Below are positions 49,227 through 59,831 of a DNA stretch of 64,000 bases, one piece after another. The stretch comes from an uncultured Aquificales bacterium (lineage in GTDB: Bacteria > Thermosulfidibacterota > Thermosulfidibacteria > Thermosulfidibacterales > Thermosulfidibacteraceae): assembly GCA_964453345.1 (NCBI GenBank), contig CAYVOC010000001.1:1-64000 (forward strand), read 5' to 3'. The notes beneath the pieces are model-generated. The model was given only the letters and a program-made list of their open reading frames with translations. It was not told the DNA's origin and did no database searches. Made by a program: the position numbers and the translations under genes. Position 1 is the stretch's first letter. Each line of letters begins with the position of its first letter.

Positions 49227-51659
49227 ATGTTTGAGAATTTCACCGAAAGGGCAAGGAAGGCGATAATCATAGCAAGGGGCGAGGCTGAGAGATACCAGCA
49301 CGACACCCTGACGACAGCCCATCTATTAATGGGCATCCTTAAGGAAGCCTCCGGAATGGGGGTCCTGGTCCTTGAGAGGCTGGGGGTGGATCTCGCCTAT
49401 CTGAGGGAGGAGCTGCAGCGCAGGATGCCCTACGGCAGAAGGGGCTTTGTGGTTGGGGCCATACCCTTTGCCCCCGATGCCAAAAAGGTTCTGGAATACG
49501 CTCAAGAAGAGGCTGCCCTTCTGGGGCAGGACTATGTGGGAACGGAACACCTGATTTTGGGAATCATCAGGGAGAGGACGGGCATAGCGGGTAAGCTTCT
49601 CAGAAGGCTGGGGGTGGAGATAGAGGATGCCAGAGAGGCGGTCAGGGAGCTGACCGGTGAGGAGGGTATTCCCAAGAGGAAGGCGAGAAAGACCCCCGCC
49701 CTTGATGAGTTCGGGGTTGATCTCACCAAGCTTGCAAGGGAAGGCAAGTTGGATCCGGTTATAGGAAGGGAGAAGGAGATAGAAAGGGTCATACAGATAC
49801 TTTCCAGGAAGACCAAGAACAATCCTGTCCTCATAGGTGAGCCTGGCGTGGGTAAAACCGCCATAGTTGAGGGGCTTGCCCAGAGGATAGTCAACAGGGA
49901 TGTGCCGGAAGATCTTTTGGATATGAGGGTGATAGCCCTCGATCTTGGCGCCCTTGTCGCCGGAACCAAATACAGGGGTCAGTTTGAGTCAAGAATGAAG
50001 GCCATCATAAAGGAGGCCTCCCAGGGGGACGATATCATTCTCTTTATAGATGAGCTGCACACCCTTGTGGGGGCCGGCGCGGCGGAGGGGTCCATTGATG
50101 CCGCCAACATGCTCAAACCCGCCCTCGCCAGGGGCGATATCAGGGTGATAGGGGCGACCACCCTTTCGGAATACAGAAAGTATATCGAAAAGGACGGTGC
50201 CCTTGAGAGAAGGTTCCAGGTTGTTCTGGTTGAGCCAACTTCCCTTGAGGATACCCTCGAGATACTGAGGGGGTTGAGGCCCAAGTATGAGGAGTATCAC
50301 AGCGTTGTCATAACAGACGAGGCCCTGGAAGCGGCGGTCAAGATGGCGGACAGATACCTTACGGATAAATTTATGCCGGATAAGGCCATAGATCTGCTGG
50401 ATGAGGCCTGTTCCATGGTTCATGTCAAGGCCACCAAAATTCCGCCCCACATAAGGGAGGTGGAGCTGGAGCTTGAGAGCATAGAGGAGCAGAAGCGCAG
50501 GGCCATAGACGATCAGGACTACCAGAGGGCCTCCGATCTCAGGACAAAAGAGGTTGAGGTGCGGCACAGGCTTAAGAAGCTGAGGAAGCAGTGGAGGGAG
50601 GAGCGCGGTCAGGAGAGACCGGTTGTGACCGATGAGGATATCGCCTTTGTGATCTCGAGGATGACCGGCATCCCCCTGCACAGGATAAGCGTTGATGAGG
50701 AAAAGCGCCTTATGATGCTGGAAGAGGAGCTGAAGAAGCATATAGTTGGTCAGGACGAGGCCCTTGAGCAGATAGCCAGGGCCATTCGCAGGGCCAGGGT
50801 GGGCTTGAGCAACACGAAAAAGCCCATAGGCGTCTTCTTCTTCCTCGGTCCCACCGGAGTTGGTAAAACCAGAACGGCGGAGGTTTTGGCGGAGCAGCTC
50901 TTTGGAAGCAGGGATGCCCTCATCAGGATAGATATGTCCGAGTATATGGAGAAGTTCAACGTTTCCAAACTCATAGGCGCACCTCCTGGATACGTGGGCT
51001 ATGAGGAGGGTGGACAGCTGACTGAGGCTGTGAGAAGGCGTCCCTACTCTGTGGTGCTCTTTGACGAGATGGAGAAGGCCCATCCGGATGTCTTCAATAT
51101 GCTGCTTCAAATAATGGACAGCGGAAGGTTGACGGATGCCTTTGGACGAACGGTTGATTTCAGAAACACCATCATAATTATGACCTCAAACATAGGGGCC
51201 AATCTCTTCTTCAAGGGTGTTTCCCTTGGCTTTGGGGATGAGGAGAGCGACTACGAAAGGGTAAAGCAGCAGGTTCTGCAGCTGTTCAAGAAGAGGTTCC
51301 CGCCTGAGTTTGTGAACAGGCTGGATCATGTGGTGGTCTTCAGGCCCCTCAAGGAGAAGGATGTCCTGGCCATTCTGGATATAATGATGAGGGAGATAAG
51401 GGAGCTGTTGAGGGACAAGTCCATGGATATAGAGCTTACGGCAAAGGCTAAGAAGTGGCTTGTTGAAAGGGGGTATGAGCCTCAGTTCGGCGCCAGGCCC
51501 CTGAGGAGGGTTATAGAGAGATTTGTGGTTGATCCTGTTTCGGAGAGAATCTTGAGCGGAGAGTTCATAGAGGGAGATGTGATCCTTGTGGACGTCAGCA
51601 GAAATAACCTCGTGTTCAAGAAGAAGGCTGTCGGCAAAAGGGATAAGGTGGTGGTTTAG
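49227..51659 (+). CDS. clpC: ATP-dependent Clp protease ATPase ClpC
   Basis: Clp-N repeats, [11 protein letters not shown]-like coiled coil, [20 protein letters not shown] loop. Confidence 0.93.
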   Translation: MFENFTERARKAIIIARGEAERYQHDTLTTAHLLMGILKEASGMGVLVLERLGVDLAYLREELQRRMPYGRRGFVVGAIPFAPDAKKVLEYAQEEAALLGQDYVGTEHLILGIIRERTGIAGKLLRRLGVEIEDAREAVRELTGEEGIPKRKARKTPALDEFGVDLTKLAREGKLDPVIGREKEIERVIQILSRKTKNNPVLIGEPGVGKTAIVEGLAQRIVNRDVPEDLLDMRVIALDLGALVAGTKYRGQFESRMKAIIKEASQGDDIILFIDELHTLVGAGAAEGSIDAANMLKPALARGDIRVIGATTLSEYRKYIEKDGALERRFQVVLVEPTSLEDTLEILRGLRPKYEEYHSVVITDEALEAAVKMADRYLTDKFMPDKAIDLLDEACSMVHVKATKIPPHIREVELELESIEEQKRRAIDDQDYQRASDLRTKEVEVRHRLKKLRKQWREERGQERPVVTDEDIAFVISRMTGIPLHRISVDEEKRLMMLEEELKKHIVGQDEALEQIARAIRRARVGLSNTKKPIGVFFFLGPTGVGKTRTAEVLAEQLFGSRDALIRIDMSEYMEKFNVSKLIGAPPGYVGYEEGGQLTEAVRRRPYSVVLFDEMEKAHPDVFNMLLQIMDSGRLTDAFGRTVDFRNTIIIMTSNIGANLFFKGVSLGFGDEESDYERVKQQVLQLFKKRFPPEFVNRLDHVVVFRPLKEKDVLAILDIMMREIRELLRDKSMDIELTAKAKKWLVERGYEPQFGARPLRRVIERFVVDPVSERILSGEFIEGDVILVDVSRNNLVFKKKAVGKRDKVVV

Positions 51660-53943
51660 TCTATTATTGATCTTTGCCCTTTGGGGAATAGCCGGGGCGG
51701 CTGAGAAGGCTCCGGTTGTTCCCGTCAAGGTAATAGAGATTAAGGGCAACAGGCGTATAGACAGAAATACCATCCTTTTCAAGCTTGAGACCCGCGAGGG
51801 AGAGCCCTTCTCCATCTACAAGATCCGAAGGGATGTCAAAACCCTCTATGAGACCGGCTTTTTTGACGATGTGAAGGTCGATGTGGAGCCCTTCGAGGGT
51901 GGAGTGAAGGTCACCTTTATTGTGAAGGAGAGGCCCGTTGTAACCCGGATCAGGATTGTGGGCAACAAGCACATAAAGAGCAGCGAGATAAGAAAGGAGC
52001 TGAAGCAGTTTCCCTTCAACATCTACAACGAAAAGATTTTGAACGAGAACATCCAGAAGATAAAGCAGCTCTATCAGTCCAAGGGGTATTACAGCGTCCA
52101 GGTGATCCCGGAGGTGAAGCCCCGGGGAGAGGGCAGAATTGAGCTAACTTACAAGATAAAGGAGGGGAAAAAGGCCTCGGTTGCCAGAATAGAGTTTGTG
52201 GGCAACAAGTTCTTTTCCGATAGAGAGCTTAAAAAGCAGATGGTTACCAAGGAAAAAACCCTTTTCAACATGGTTTATGTGTTCGTCAACGCCCTCTTTG
52301 GAAAGCCTGCCACCTACTATTACATCCCGGATCTTCTGGAAGTGGATCTTATGAAGATAAGGCAGTTTTACAAGGATCACGGCTTTTTGAGGGTTGTGGT
52401 GGGGACCCCGGAGGTGAAGACGGACAAAAGAAGGGGCAAGATCTACATCCGCATACCCATTGAGGAGGGGCCGAGATACAAGGTTGAGTCTGTGGATATA
52501 AAGATGGGCAAGGACGACCCCTTCAAGAAGGAGGATCTCTTAAAGATCCTGCTCCTCAAGCCCGGCGAATACTACAACGCCAAGAAGATGAGGAAGGATG
52601 TTACAAACCTCACCGATCTATACGGATCCAAGGGCTACGTTAACGCCGACGTGAGGCCCCTTCTTGATACGGACGATGAGAAGCACACGGTGTCCGTGGT
52701 TTACAGGATAGAGAAGGGCAAGAAGTGGTATGTGGGAAGGATTGAAATTTCGGGGAATGTGAAGACCAGGGATAAGGTGATAAGAAGGGAGATTCCTTTA
52801 GCTGAAGGCGAAGTTATGAACACCATGTATCTTAAGCTTGCCAAGAAGAGGCTTGAGAGGCTCGGATACTTCTCCAGCGTCAACATAGAGACCAAGCCGG
52901 CGGAGGATCTCAAGGGCGATTACATGAATGTTTTCGTGAAGGTGGAGGAGCAGCCCACAGGTTCCATGATGCTGGGCGGCGGTTATTCAACAGCCGAGTC
53001 CTTCGGTGTCATGGCCCAGATATCCGAGAAGAATCTTTTTGGAACGGGAAGATCCATCTCCCTCACGGGAGAGTTCACCACAAAGAGGGTTGATTACACC
53101 TTGAACTTCTACGATCCATACTTCATGGATACCATCTACTCCTTTGCCCTGTCCTCCTATCACCAGGAGTATGAATACGATCTCTACACCGAGAAGGGCT
53201 TCGGTCTGACTGTATCCTTCGGGAGGCCCCTGTGGAACTGGTATACCAGGGTTTCGGCTGGATACTCCTTTGAGTATGTCAGGATAACCGATGTGGATTA
53301 CGATGCCCCGGACTTCATAAAGGACGAGGAGGATGAGTCCAACATCTCCTCTGCTGTTGTCTTCAGCATCTCCCAGGACACCAGGAACAGCCATGTGTTG
53401 CCCACCGAGGGCTTTTACAGGACCCTTTCCCTGAAGCTTGCAGGACTGGGAGGCGATTACGCCTACTACAGGGTCTATGCGAACTGGGAAAGGTTCATCA
53501 GCGTGGGCAAGTTCATAAAGGACTCCGTTTTCCATCCGAGGGTTCGCGTGGGGTTTGTGAATCCCCTGCCCTGGGGCGATGGAAGGCCGGTTTACGAAAG
53601 GTTCTATGTGGGCGGGCAGACCACCGTGAGGGGCTTTGATACCGATGAGGCAAGCCCCGAAGAAGACGGTGATGCCATAGGCGGAACCAAGGAGTTCATC
53701 ATGAACCTCGAGTATCTCTTCCCCATCATCGGTGGCCTCAAGGGCCTTTTATTCTACGACATGGGAGCCGCCTTTGACAACGGCCAGATGATAAGCATGG
53801 GCCCCATGAGGGAGAGTGTTGGTGTGGGAATAAGGTTTATAACCCCCTTCGGCCCTCTGAAGGTGGATTGGGCCTACAAGCTTGACAGAAGGAAGGACGA
53901 GGATGCATTTAAGATACACTTTTCCGTTGGAACCATATTCTAA
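51586..53943 (+). CDS. bamA: Outer membrane protein assembly factor BamA (start codon uncertain)
   Basis: POTRA repeats (GN..., LYETGFF, TRDKVIRRE), VRGF motif, C-terminal F. Confidence 0.93.
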   Translation: MWTSAEITSCSRRRLSAKGIRWWFSLLLIFALWGIAGAAEKAPVVPVKVIEIKGNRRIDRNTILFKLETREGEPFSIYKIRRDVKTLYETGFFDDVKVDVEPFEGGVKVTFIVKERPVVTRIRIVGNKHIKSSEIRKELKQFPFNIYNEKILNENIQKIKQLYQSKGYYSVQVIPEVKPRGEGRIELTYKIKEGKKASVARIEFVGNKFFSDRELKKQMVTKEKTLFNMVYVFVNALFGKPATYYYIPDLLEVDLMKIRQFYKDHGFLRVVVGTPEVKTDKRRGKIYIRIPIEEGPRYKVESVDIKMGKDDPFKKEDLLKILLLKPGEYYNAKKMRKDVTNLTDLYGSKGYVNADVRPLLDTDDEKHTVSVVYRIEKGKKWYVGRIEISGNVKTRDKVIRREIPLAEGEVMNTMYLKLAKKRLERLGYFSSVNIETKPAEDLKGDYMNVFVKVEEQPTGSMMLGGGYSTAESFGVMAQISEKNLFGTGRSISLTGEFTTKRVDYTLNFYDPYFMDTIYSFALSSYHQEYEYDLYTEKGFGLTVSFGRPLWNWYTRVSAGYSFEYVRITDVDYDAPDFIKDEEDESNISSAVVFSISQDTRNSHVLPTEGFYRTLSLKLAGLGGDYAYYRVYANWERFISVGKFIKDSVFHPRVRVGFVNPLPWGDGRPVYERFYVGGQTTVRGFDTDEASPEEDGDAIGGTKEFIMNLEYLFPIIGGLKGLLFYDMGAAFDNGQMISMGPMRESVGVGIRFITPFGPLKVDWAYKLDRRKDEDAFKIHFSVGTIF

Positions 53944-53958
53944 GGGGAGGTTGCTGGT

Positions 53959-54474
53959 ATGAGGAAGCTGTTGATTGCTGTGGTTCTTTTGTTCATGCTT
54001 TTCGGATGGTCGTGGGCCGGGGTCAAGATCGGGGTGGTGAACGTTCAGAAGATCGTGTTTGAGTCTAAGCAGGGGAAGAAGGCAAAGGCGCAGTGGGAGA
54101 AGGAGTTTGCCCAGAAGAAGAAGGAGATAGAAAAGAAGGAGAAGGAGCTTGAAAAGCTGAGGGAGGAGCTGAAGAAGAACGCCGCCGTTCTGTCCGAAAA
54201 GGCCAAGAAGCAGAAGCAGGAGGAGCTGAGGCGCAAGGCCATGGAGTTGCAGTTTGCCAAGCAGGAGGCCATGCGGTATCTCCAGAAGAGAAACGCCGAG
54301 CTTGTTGACGCCATTCTCAAGAAGGTCCTCAAAAAGGTGGAGGATTATGGTAAAAGGAACGGATACACCCTTATACTGGATGTTACAGGCAGGGTTGTCT
54401 ATAAGGCCAAGAACATCGATCTTACGGATCAGATCATAAAGATCATGAATTCTGAGCCTGCTTCCAAGAAATGA
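53959..54474 (+). CDS. skp: OmpH/Skp periplasmic chaperone
   Basis: Signal peptide, KIGVVNVQ, long coiled coil, DLTDQII; between bamA and lpxD. Confidence 0.9.
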   Translation: MRKLLIAVVLLFMLFGWSWAGVKIGVVNVQKIVFESKQGKKAKAQWEKEFAQKKKEIEKKEKELEKLREELKKNAAVLSEKAKKQKQEELRRKAMELQFAKQEAMRYLQKRNAELVDAILKKVLKKVEDYGKRNGYTLILDVTGRVVYKAKNIDLTDQIIKIMNSEPASKK

Positions 54475-55466
54475 CTTACAGGGCTTCCTACATAGCGGAG
54501 CTTGTTGGCGGAAGACTTGTGGGGGAGGATGTGGAGGTATCCTCCATAAGGGGCTATCATGAGGCCGGCCCCGATGATATCACCTTCGTTCTGGATGCCT
54601 CCCTTCTCTCAAAACCCACGGATGCCAGGGTTGTAATAGCCCCTGACGGGGTGGAGGGTGTGGAGGGCAAAAGCCTCATTCTTGTTAAGAATCCCCTTGA
54701 GGCGGCAGTTGTTGTTGCCAACCTCTTTTACAGGGAGGAGTTCGGGGAGGGGATTTCGGACAGGGCCGTGGTCTATCCCGGGGCCAAGATTTCCGAGGGT
54801 GTGGTGATCAGGGAGTTCGCCGTTGTTGAGGATGGGGTTGAGCTTGGCAGGAATGTGGTTGTCATGCCCTATGTCTACATAGGCAGGAATAGCGTTATAG
54901 GGGATGGGACGGTGCTGTTCCCCGGGGTGATCATCTATCCCGGAACGATTGTGGGCAAAAGGTGCAGGATACATGCGGGTGCCGTTATCGGTGCGGATGG
55001 ATTCGGATACTTTGAAAAGTCCGGGAAAAGGATAAAGATTCCCCAGATAGGCAGGGTCGTCATAGGGGACGATGTGGAGATAGGTGCAAACACCTGCATA
55101 GACAGGGCCACCTTTGGCGAGACGGTTATAGGGGATGGGACCAAGATAGATAACCTGGTTCAGATAGGCCACAATGTGAAGGTGGGCAGGGATTGCGCCT
55201 TTGCAGGGCAGGTGGGGATTTCGGGGAGCGTTGTTGTAGGTGACAGGGTGCTCATGGGTGGTCAGGCGGGGATAGCCGACCACGCCGTTATAGGCAGTGA
55301 TGTCAAGGTGGCCGCCAAGGCGGGGGTCTTTGGCAGGGTTAGGGATGGGGAGGCCATCGTGGGTGCACCGGCCATGCCCGCACCCCGCTGGAAGAGGATA
55401 CAGGCCATCATAAACAGACTGCCCGAGATGTATCAGCTCTTTAAGAGGTTGAAGAGGAGGGGCTGA
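54471..55466 (+). CDS. lpxD: UDP-3-O-acylglucosamine N-acyltransferase
   Basis: Hexapeptide repeats, [21 protein letters not shown]. Confidence 0.95.
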   Translation: MTYRASYIAELVGGRLVGEDVEVSSIRGYHEAGPDDITFVLDASLLSKPTDARVVIAPDGVEGVEGKSLILVKNPLEAAVVVANLFYREEFGEGISDRAVVYPGAKISEGVVIREFAVVEDGVELGRNVVVMPYVYIGRNSVIGDGTVLFPGVIIYPGTIVGKRCRIHAGAVIGADGFGYFEKSGKRIKIPQIGRVVIGDDVEIGANTCIDRATFGETVIGDGTKIDNLVQIGHNVKVGRDCAFAGQVGISGSVVVGDRVLMGGQAGIADHAVIGSDVKVAAKAGVFGRVRDGEAIVGAPAMPAPRWKRIQAIINRLPEMYQLFKRLKRRG

Positions 55467-55906
55467 TGCAGATGGATATAAGGAGAATTATGGAGCTTCT
55501 GCCCCACAGATATCCCTTTTTGCTTGTTGACAGGGTTCTGGAGCTGAGGGTGGGCGAGTATGTGAAGGCCCTGAAGAATGTCACCATAAATGAGCCCTTC
55601 TTTGTGGGGCACTTTCCCGGTGATCCTGTGATGCCCGGCGTCCTCATAATTGAGGCCCTTGCCCAGGCCGGTGCCCTTATAGCCCTGCCGGCTGTGGAGG
55701 ATGAGGGCAAGGATTACATCGTCTATTTCGGGGGTATTGAGAAGGCCAGGTTCAGGAGGATCGTCAGGCCCGGGGATCAGCTCATACTGGAGGGGAAAAC
55801 CATAAAGAGGAAGGGGCCTGTCTGGAAGATGGAGGGGGTTGCCACCGTTGACGGTGAGGTGGCCGTTGAGGCGGTTATGCAGGCCTTCCTGACGGAGAGG
55901 AGATGA
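55466..55906 (+). CDS. fabZ: 3-hydroxyacyl-ACP dehydratase
   Basis: [31 protein letters not shown]. Confidence 0.97.
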   Translation: MQMDIRRIMELLPHRYPFLLVDRVLELRVGEYVKALKNVTINEPFFVGHFPGDPVMPGVLIIEALAQAGALIALPAVEDEGKDYIVYFGGIEKARFRRIVRPGDQLILEGKTIKRKGPVWKMEGVATVDGEVAVEAVMQAFLTERR

Positions 55907-57702
55907 GAAGGGCGGTTCTCCTTTTCCTCTTTGTTTTTGTCCTTTGCGGGGTTTCCCACGGAATCTCAAGGGACAGGCTAAAGGAGATTGCGGATCTGGT
56001 CTATTCCCTCTTCCCTCCCGTTGAGGGGTTTGTGGTTGCCACTAAGGGGGGGATCGCCGTTGTCGATCTGGGGGTAAAAAACAGGGTCTATCCGGGGATG
56101 GTGCTGACCGTTTCCGAAAAGGGGCTCCCCTTCAAGAATCCCATAACCGGCCAGATCATAGGCTATACCGAAAAGGTTGTGGGGTATCTTCAGATACTTG
56201 AGGTATATCCAAATGCATCAATCGGCAGGGTGTACACCTTAGGGGGAGCGGCGGTCAAGGCCGGGGATATAGTCAGAATAACTAAGGCGAGGGTGAATCT
56301 CTTTATCCTTCCCATAGTTGATAACACTGGTGAGGGGTTCAACATTCTCGCCTTCTCCGATGGTCTGCGCAGATACCTTGATAAGACGGGAAGATTCAAC
56401 GTTATGGGGGAGGAGAGGGTTATACAGGAGATTTCGGCCTACAAGGGTTCCTTTCAGGAAGAGGGGATACTCAGGACCTTCTATTCCCTATACAGGGACA
56501 AATACGAGGCCTTCTTTGCCCTGTCTGGCAGGATTGAAAAGCGGGCGAAAAGCTATTTTTTTGAGGGCAGCATCTACTGCCTGAACATCGGGAAGAGGGT
56601 TAAGGATTTTTCGGTTTACTTGGGCGAGGCGGGCTGGCGTCCCTCCTTTGAAGAGGAGGTTGTTTACGCCTCATCGCCCGTTGAGGGCAAGCCCTACGCA
56701 CTTGCCCTTGGTGATGCTAACGGTGATGGTCTGAATGAGATAGTCTATGTTGTGGACAACAACATACAGGTCATGAGGTATAGATCCAAGGACAGGACCT
56801 ACAGACCCGTCTGTTCCTTCAAGGTTCCGTGGACCTTCAAGGTGTATGACGCCCATCTTTCGGATGTGGATGGAGACGGTAGGGATGAGCTCTTCCTGCT
56901 GGGGGCGGATATAAAGGACTTCACCGTGTATACTAAGGTTTACAGGTGGAAGGATAACTGTTTTGTTCGCAAAAAGGTTTACGATGGCCACTTTGTCAAG
57001 GCCTTTGGCAGAATCGGAGTCAGCCAGTATCTTCTGAAGGAGGATCCCCTTTCCCTTGCCCCCGATAGGATCCTCTTTAAGGGGCTTGAGATTGAGAAGG
57101 TGGGATCTATTCCGGCTTTGAAGGGGGATCTCATACTTGGCATGTCCGCCTTTGACGCCAACGGCGACGGGGTCCTTGACTACATGGTGAATGAGGAGGG
57201 AAGGGTTCTGATCAAGGATGGGAAGACCGGGGAGGTTATTGCAGACATTGCCGGGGATTTTGGAAATACCGGTTATGCCTTCTTCTACAGGGAGCCGCAG
57301 GTCAAGGTCTTCTACGAGGGCGAAGGTTTTATGGAGATCAGCAAGGAGGATTACGCAAGGTTCAAGGAGCTGACCCTCGCCGTTCCTGGAAGCATAGCCG
57401 TTGCTGAGGTGAAGGGCCAGAGGCTTGTAGCCCTTTTCCGCAACAAGCCCTACGTGTGGGGTGCCTACTTTGCCCCCTTCAAGTCCGGAACGGTAAAAAT
57501 TTACAGATGGGCTGATGGATACTTTGAGGATACAGGATGGATAAGGACCCTGCCCGAAGGCGTAGTTGCCGTGGCCCTGGGGGATGTGAACGGGGATGGA
57601 CGCGAGGAGGTGGTGCTGCTCACGGTCAGGGGAATAAAATCCAGAAGGGAAGGGTTGAAGTTCACCACCAGGTTGGTTATTTACAAGGGGCCGGGTGAGT
57701 AG
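55903..57702 (+). CDS. Secreted FG-GAP/VCBS repeat protein
   Basis: Signal peptide; four D-x-[ND]-G-D-G repeats (GDANGDG, SDVDGDG, FDANGDG, GDVNGDG); N-terminal VDLG/NPITG beta domain. Confidence 0.8.
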   Translation: MRRAVLLFLFVFVLCGVSHGISRDRLKEIADLVYSLFPPVEGFVVATKGGIAVVDLGVKNRVYPGMVLTVSEKGLPFKNPITGQIIGYTEKVVGYLQILEVYPNASIGRVYTLGGAAVKAGDIVRITKARVNLFILPIVDNTGEGFNILAFSDGLRRYLDKTGRFNVMGEERVIQEISAYKGSFQEEGILRTFYSLYRDKYEAFFALSGRIEKRAKSYFFEGSIYCLNIGKRVKDFSVYLGEAGWRPSFEEEVVYASSPVEGKPYALALGDANGDGLNEIVYVVDNNIQVMRYRSKDRTYRPVCSFKVPWTFKVYDAHLSDVDGDGRDELFLLGADIKDFTVYTKVYRWKDNCFVRKKVYDGHFVKAFGRIGVSQYLLKEDPLSLAPDRILFKGLEIEKVGSIPALKGDLILGMSAFDANGDGVLDYMVNEEGRVLIKDGKTGEVIADIAGDFGNTGYAFFYREPQVKVFYEGEGFMEISKEDYARFKELTLAVPGSIAVAEVKGQRLVALFRNKPYVWGAYFAPFKSGTVKIYRWADGYFEDTGWIRTLPEGVVAVALGDVNGDGREEVVLLTVRGIKSRREGLKFTTRLVIYKGPGE

Positions 57703-57705
57703 TTT

Positions 57706-57755
57706 TGCCCTCTCTCCGGGATGATCTTTCCCGGGGATAAAAAACCAAGGGGGTG
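57706..57755 (+). ncRNA. Putative S6:S18 ribosomal protein leader (cis-regulatory RNA)
   Basis: Outer stem TGCCCTCT/AGGGGGTG sequesters the SD; inner stem CTCCGGGA/TCCCGGGG; 3' bulge ends in CCA; directly upstream of rpsF. Confidence 0.65.
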
Positions 57756-57759
57756 TGAT

Positions 57760-58089
57760 ATGGAAAGACGCTGTTATGAGACTGTTGTGGTTTTCACTCC
57801 TGATCTGACCGAGCAGGAGTTTGAGGAGCAGATCAACTGGGTCAGGGATCTTATTGAGAAGAACGAGGGGCAGGTTCTTAAAGTTGAGAAGTGGGGTAAG
57901 AGGAAGCTCGCCTACGAGATTGAGAAGAAGAAGGAGGGCTATTACGTTCTCTTCCTTTTCTGGGGAAGCCCCTCAACCGTTGAGAACATTGAGAGGCAGT
58001 ATAGGATCAACCATAACGTGATCAGGTATCTGTCCGTCAAGCGGAAGGATAAGGAGTGCCAGCAGCACGAGACGGAACAGCAGGGCTGA
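57760..58089 (+). CDS. rpsF: 30S ribosomal protein S6
   Basis: YETVVVF.P, WGKRKLAYEI, GYY, VIRY. Confidence 0.96.
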   Translation: MERRCYETVVVFTPDLTEQEFEEQINWVRDLIEKNEGQVLKVEKWGKRKLAYEIEKKKEGYYVLFLFWGSPSTVENIERQYRINHNVIRYLSVKRKDKECQQHETEQQG

Positions 58090-58092
58090 TCC

Positions 58093-58509
58093 ATGGCGCC
58101 TCTTTATGTCAATAGGGTTTTCCTTGCGGGGAACCTCACCAGAGATCCTGAGATGCGTTATATGCCCTCCGGTATGCCCGTCACCAACTTCAGACTGGCG
58201 GTTAACAGAAGGTATAGGAACAAAAACGGGGAGGAGGCAGAGGAAGTCTGCTTTATAGACGTTGTGGTTTACGGGAAGCTCGCTGAGGTCTGTAATGAGT
58301 ATCTTAGCAAGGGAAGGAATGTCTTTGTTGAGGGAAGATTGAGGCTTGACACCTGGGATACCGATGCGGGCAAGCGCAGCAAACATGTGGTTGTTGCGGA
58401 TGTGGTTAAGTTTATAGGCGGTAGGGGTGATAAGGTTGAGGAAGAGGATATTGTTAAGCCGGATGTTTCCGGCATAGATCTTGAGGAGGATGATGAGTTT
58501 CCCTTTTAA
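58093..58509 (+). CDS. ssb: Single-stranded DNA-binding protein
   Basis: NRVFLAGNLTRDPE, VEGRL, acidic tail DDEFPF. Confidence 0.96.
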   Translation: MAPLYVNRVFLAGNLTRDPEMRYMPSGMPVTNFRLAVNRRYRNKNGEEAEEVCFIDVVVYGKLAEVCNEYLSKGRNVFVEGRLRLDTWDTDAGKRSKHVVVADVVKFIGGRGDKVEEEDIVKPDVSGIDLEEDDEFPF

Positions 58510-58536
58510 ACAAAAAGTTTTTATGGAGGTATAAAA

Positions 58537-58767
58537 ATGGCGGATGTGAGAAGGCGCTTTGTAAGAAAGAAGGTTTGCAGGTTCTGTGCCGAGGGGATAG
58601 AGGAGATCGATTACAAGGATGTGGAAAGGTTAAAGCATTACCTGAGCGAGAGGGGCAAGATCATGCCCAGAAGGATGACGGGGGTGTGCGCCAAGCACCA
58701 GAGGCAGCTTGCAAGGGCTATAAAGAGGGCGAGGATCCTGGCGCTTCTGCCCTTCGTTGTGAGATAG
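58537..58767 (+). CDS. rpsR: 30S ribosomal protein S18 (Zn-binding C+ form)
   Basis: CRFC, IDYKD, GKIMPRR.TG.CAKHQR, AIKRAR. Confidence 0.97.
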   Translation: MADVRRRFVRKKVCRFCAEGIEEIDYKDVERLKHYLSERGKIMPRRMTGVCAKHQRQLARAIKRARILALLPFVVR

Positions 58768-58777
58768 GGGGTGGGCT

Positions 58778-59350
58778 ATGAGTATGATCGATGCCGCCCA
58801 TGTCAAAACCAACATGAAGCTGGAGATAGACGGTGAGCCCTACCTTGTGGTGGGTGCCGAGCACATAAAGCCGGGCAAGGGGCAGGCCTTTTCCAGGATA
58901 AAGCTCAAGAACCTTCAGACGGGCGCCGTTATTGAGAAGACCTACAAGGCGAATGAAATGCTAAAGGTTGCCGATTTTGTCTCCAGAAAGGCCCAGTTCC
59001 TCTATGCCCAGGGTGACGAATACTACTTCATGGATATAGAAAACTACGAGCAGTATATGCTCAAGGAGGAGACCTTAGACAGGGATCGGTTCTTCCTGAA
59101 GGAGGGGCTTGAGGTTAAGGTTTTGCTGTATAAGGGAAATCCCATAGGCATTGAGCTTCCCAAGGCCGTTGAGCTTGAGGTGGTGGAGACCGAGCCCGGT
59201 GTGAAGGGGGATACTGCGGCGGGCGGCACCAAGCCTGCCAAGCTTGAAACGGGCTATGTGGTTCAGGTTCCCCTGTTCATTTCCGAGGGAGATGTGGTGA
59301 GGATCGATACAAGAACAGGCGAGTATGTGGAGAGGGTGACGGGCAAATGA
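58778..59350 (+). CDS. efp: Elongation factor P
   Basis: [33 protein letters not shown]. Confidence 0.96.
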   Translation: MSMIDAAHVKTNMKLEIDGEPYLVVGAEHIKPGKGQAFSRIKLKNLQTGAVIEKTYKANEMLKVADFVSRKAQFLYAQGDEYYFMDIENYEQYMLKEETLDRDRFFLKEGLEVKVLLYKGNPIGIELPKAVELEVVETEPGVKGDTAAGGTKPAKLETGYVVQVPLFISEGDVVRIDTRTGEYVERVTGK

Positions 59351-59829
59351 GCCTTTTCAAAAGCATAGATGACATAGTTGCCCTGATGGAAAAATTTTCG
59401 TCCATGGGGCTTTCCAAGCTCAAGATAGAGCTGGATGGTTTTGAGCTTGTGCTTGAGAAACAGCAGACGGTTGTTCAGCAGGTGAGTCCCCCTGTCCAGC
59501 CCCAGCAGGTTCAGCAGCCCCAGCCGGTCCAGCAGCAGGCTTCTCAGCCTGAGAAGGAGCATGAGGAAGAGGAGAGCTACGAGGGATATGTGGTTATAAG
59601 GTCTCCCATAGTGGGGACCTTTTACAGGGCTCCTGCTCCCGATGCCCCTCCCTATGTTGAGGTGGGGGATATTGTTGAGAAGGGGCAGGTGCTCTGCATC
59701 GTTGAGGCCATGAAGATAATGAATGAGATAGAATCGGATGTTAAAGGGCGCATAGTTAAGATACTCGTTGAGAATGCCCAGCCCGTTGAGTATGGACAGC
59801 CGCTCTTTTTGATTGAGCCTCTGGAGTAG
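59347..59829 (+). CDS. accB: Acetyl-CoA carboxylase biotin carboxyl carrier protein
   Basis: [26 protein letters not shown]. Confidence 0.95.
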   Translation: MSLFKSIDDIVALMEKFSSMGLSKLKIELDGFELVLEKQQTVVQQVSPPVQPQQVQQPQPVQQQASQPEKEHEEEESYEGYVVIRSPIVGTFYRAPAPDAPPYVEVGDIVEKGQVLCIVEAMKIMNEIESDVKGRIVKILVENAQPVEYGQPLFLIEPLE

Positions 59830-59831
59830 AT

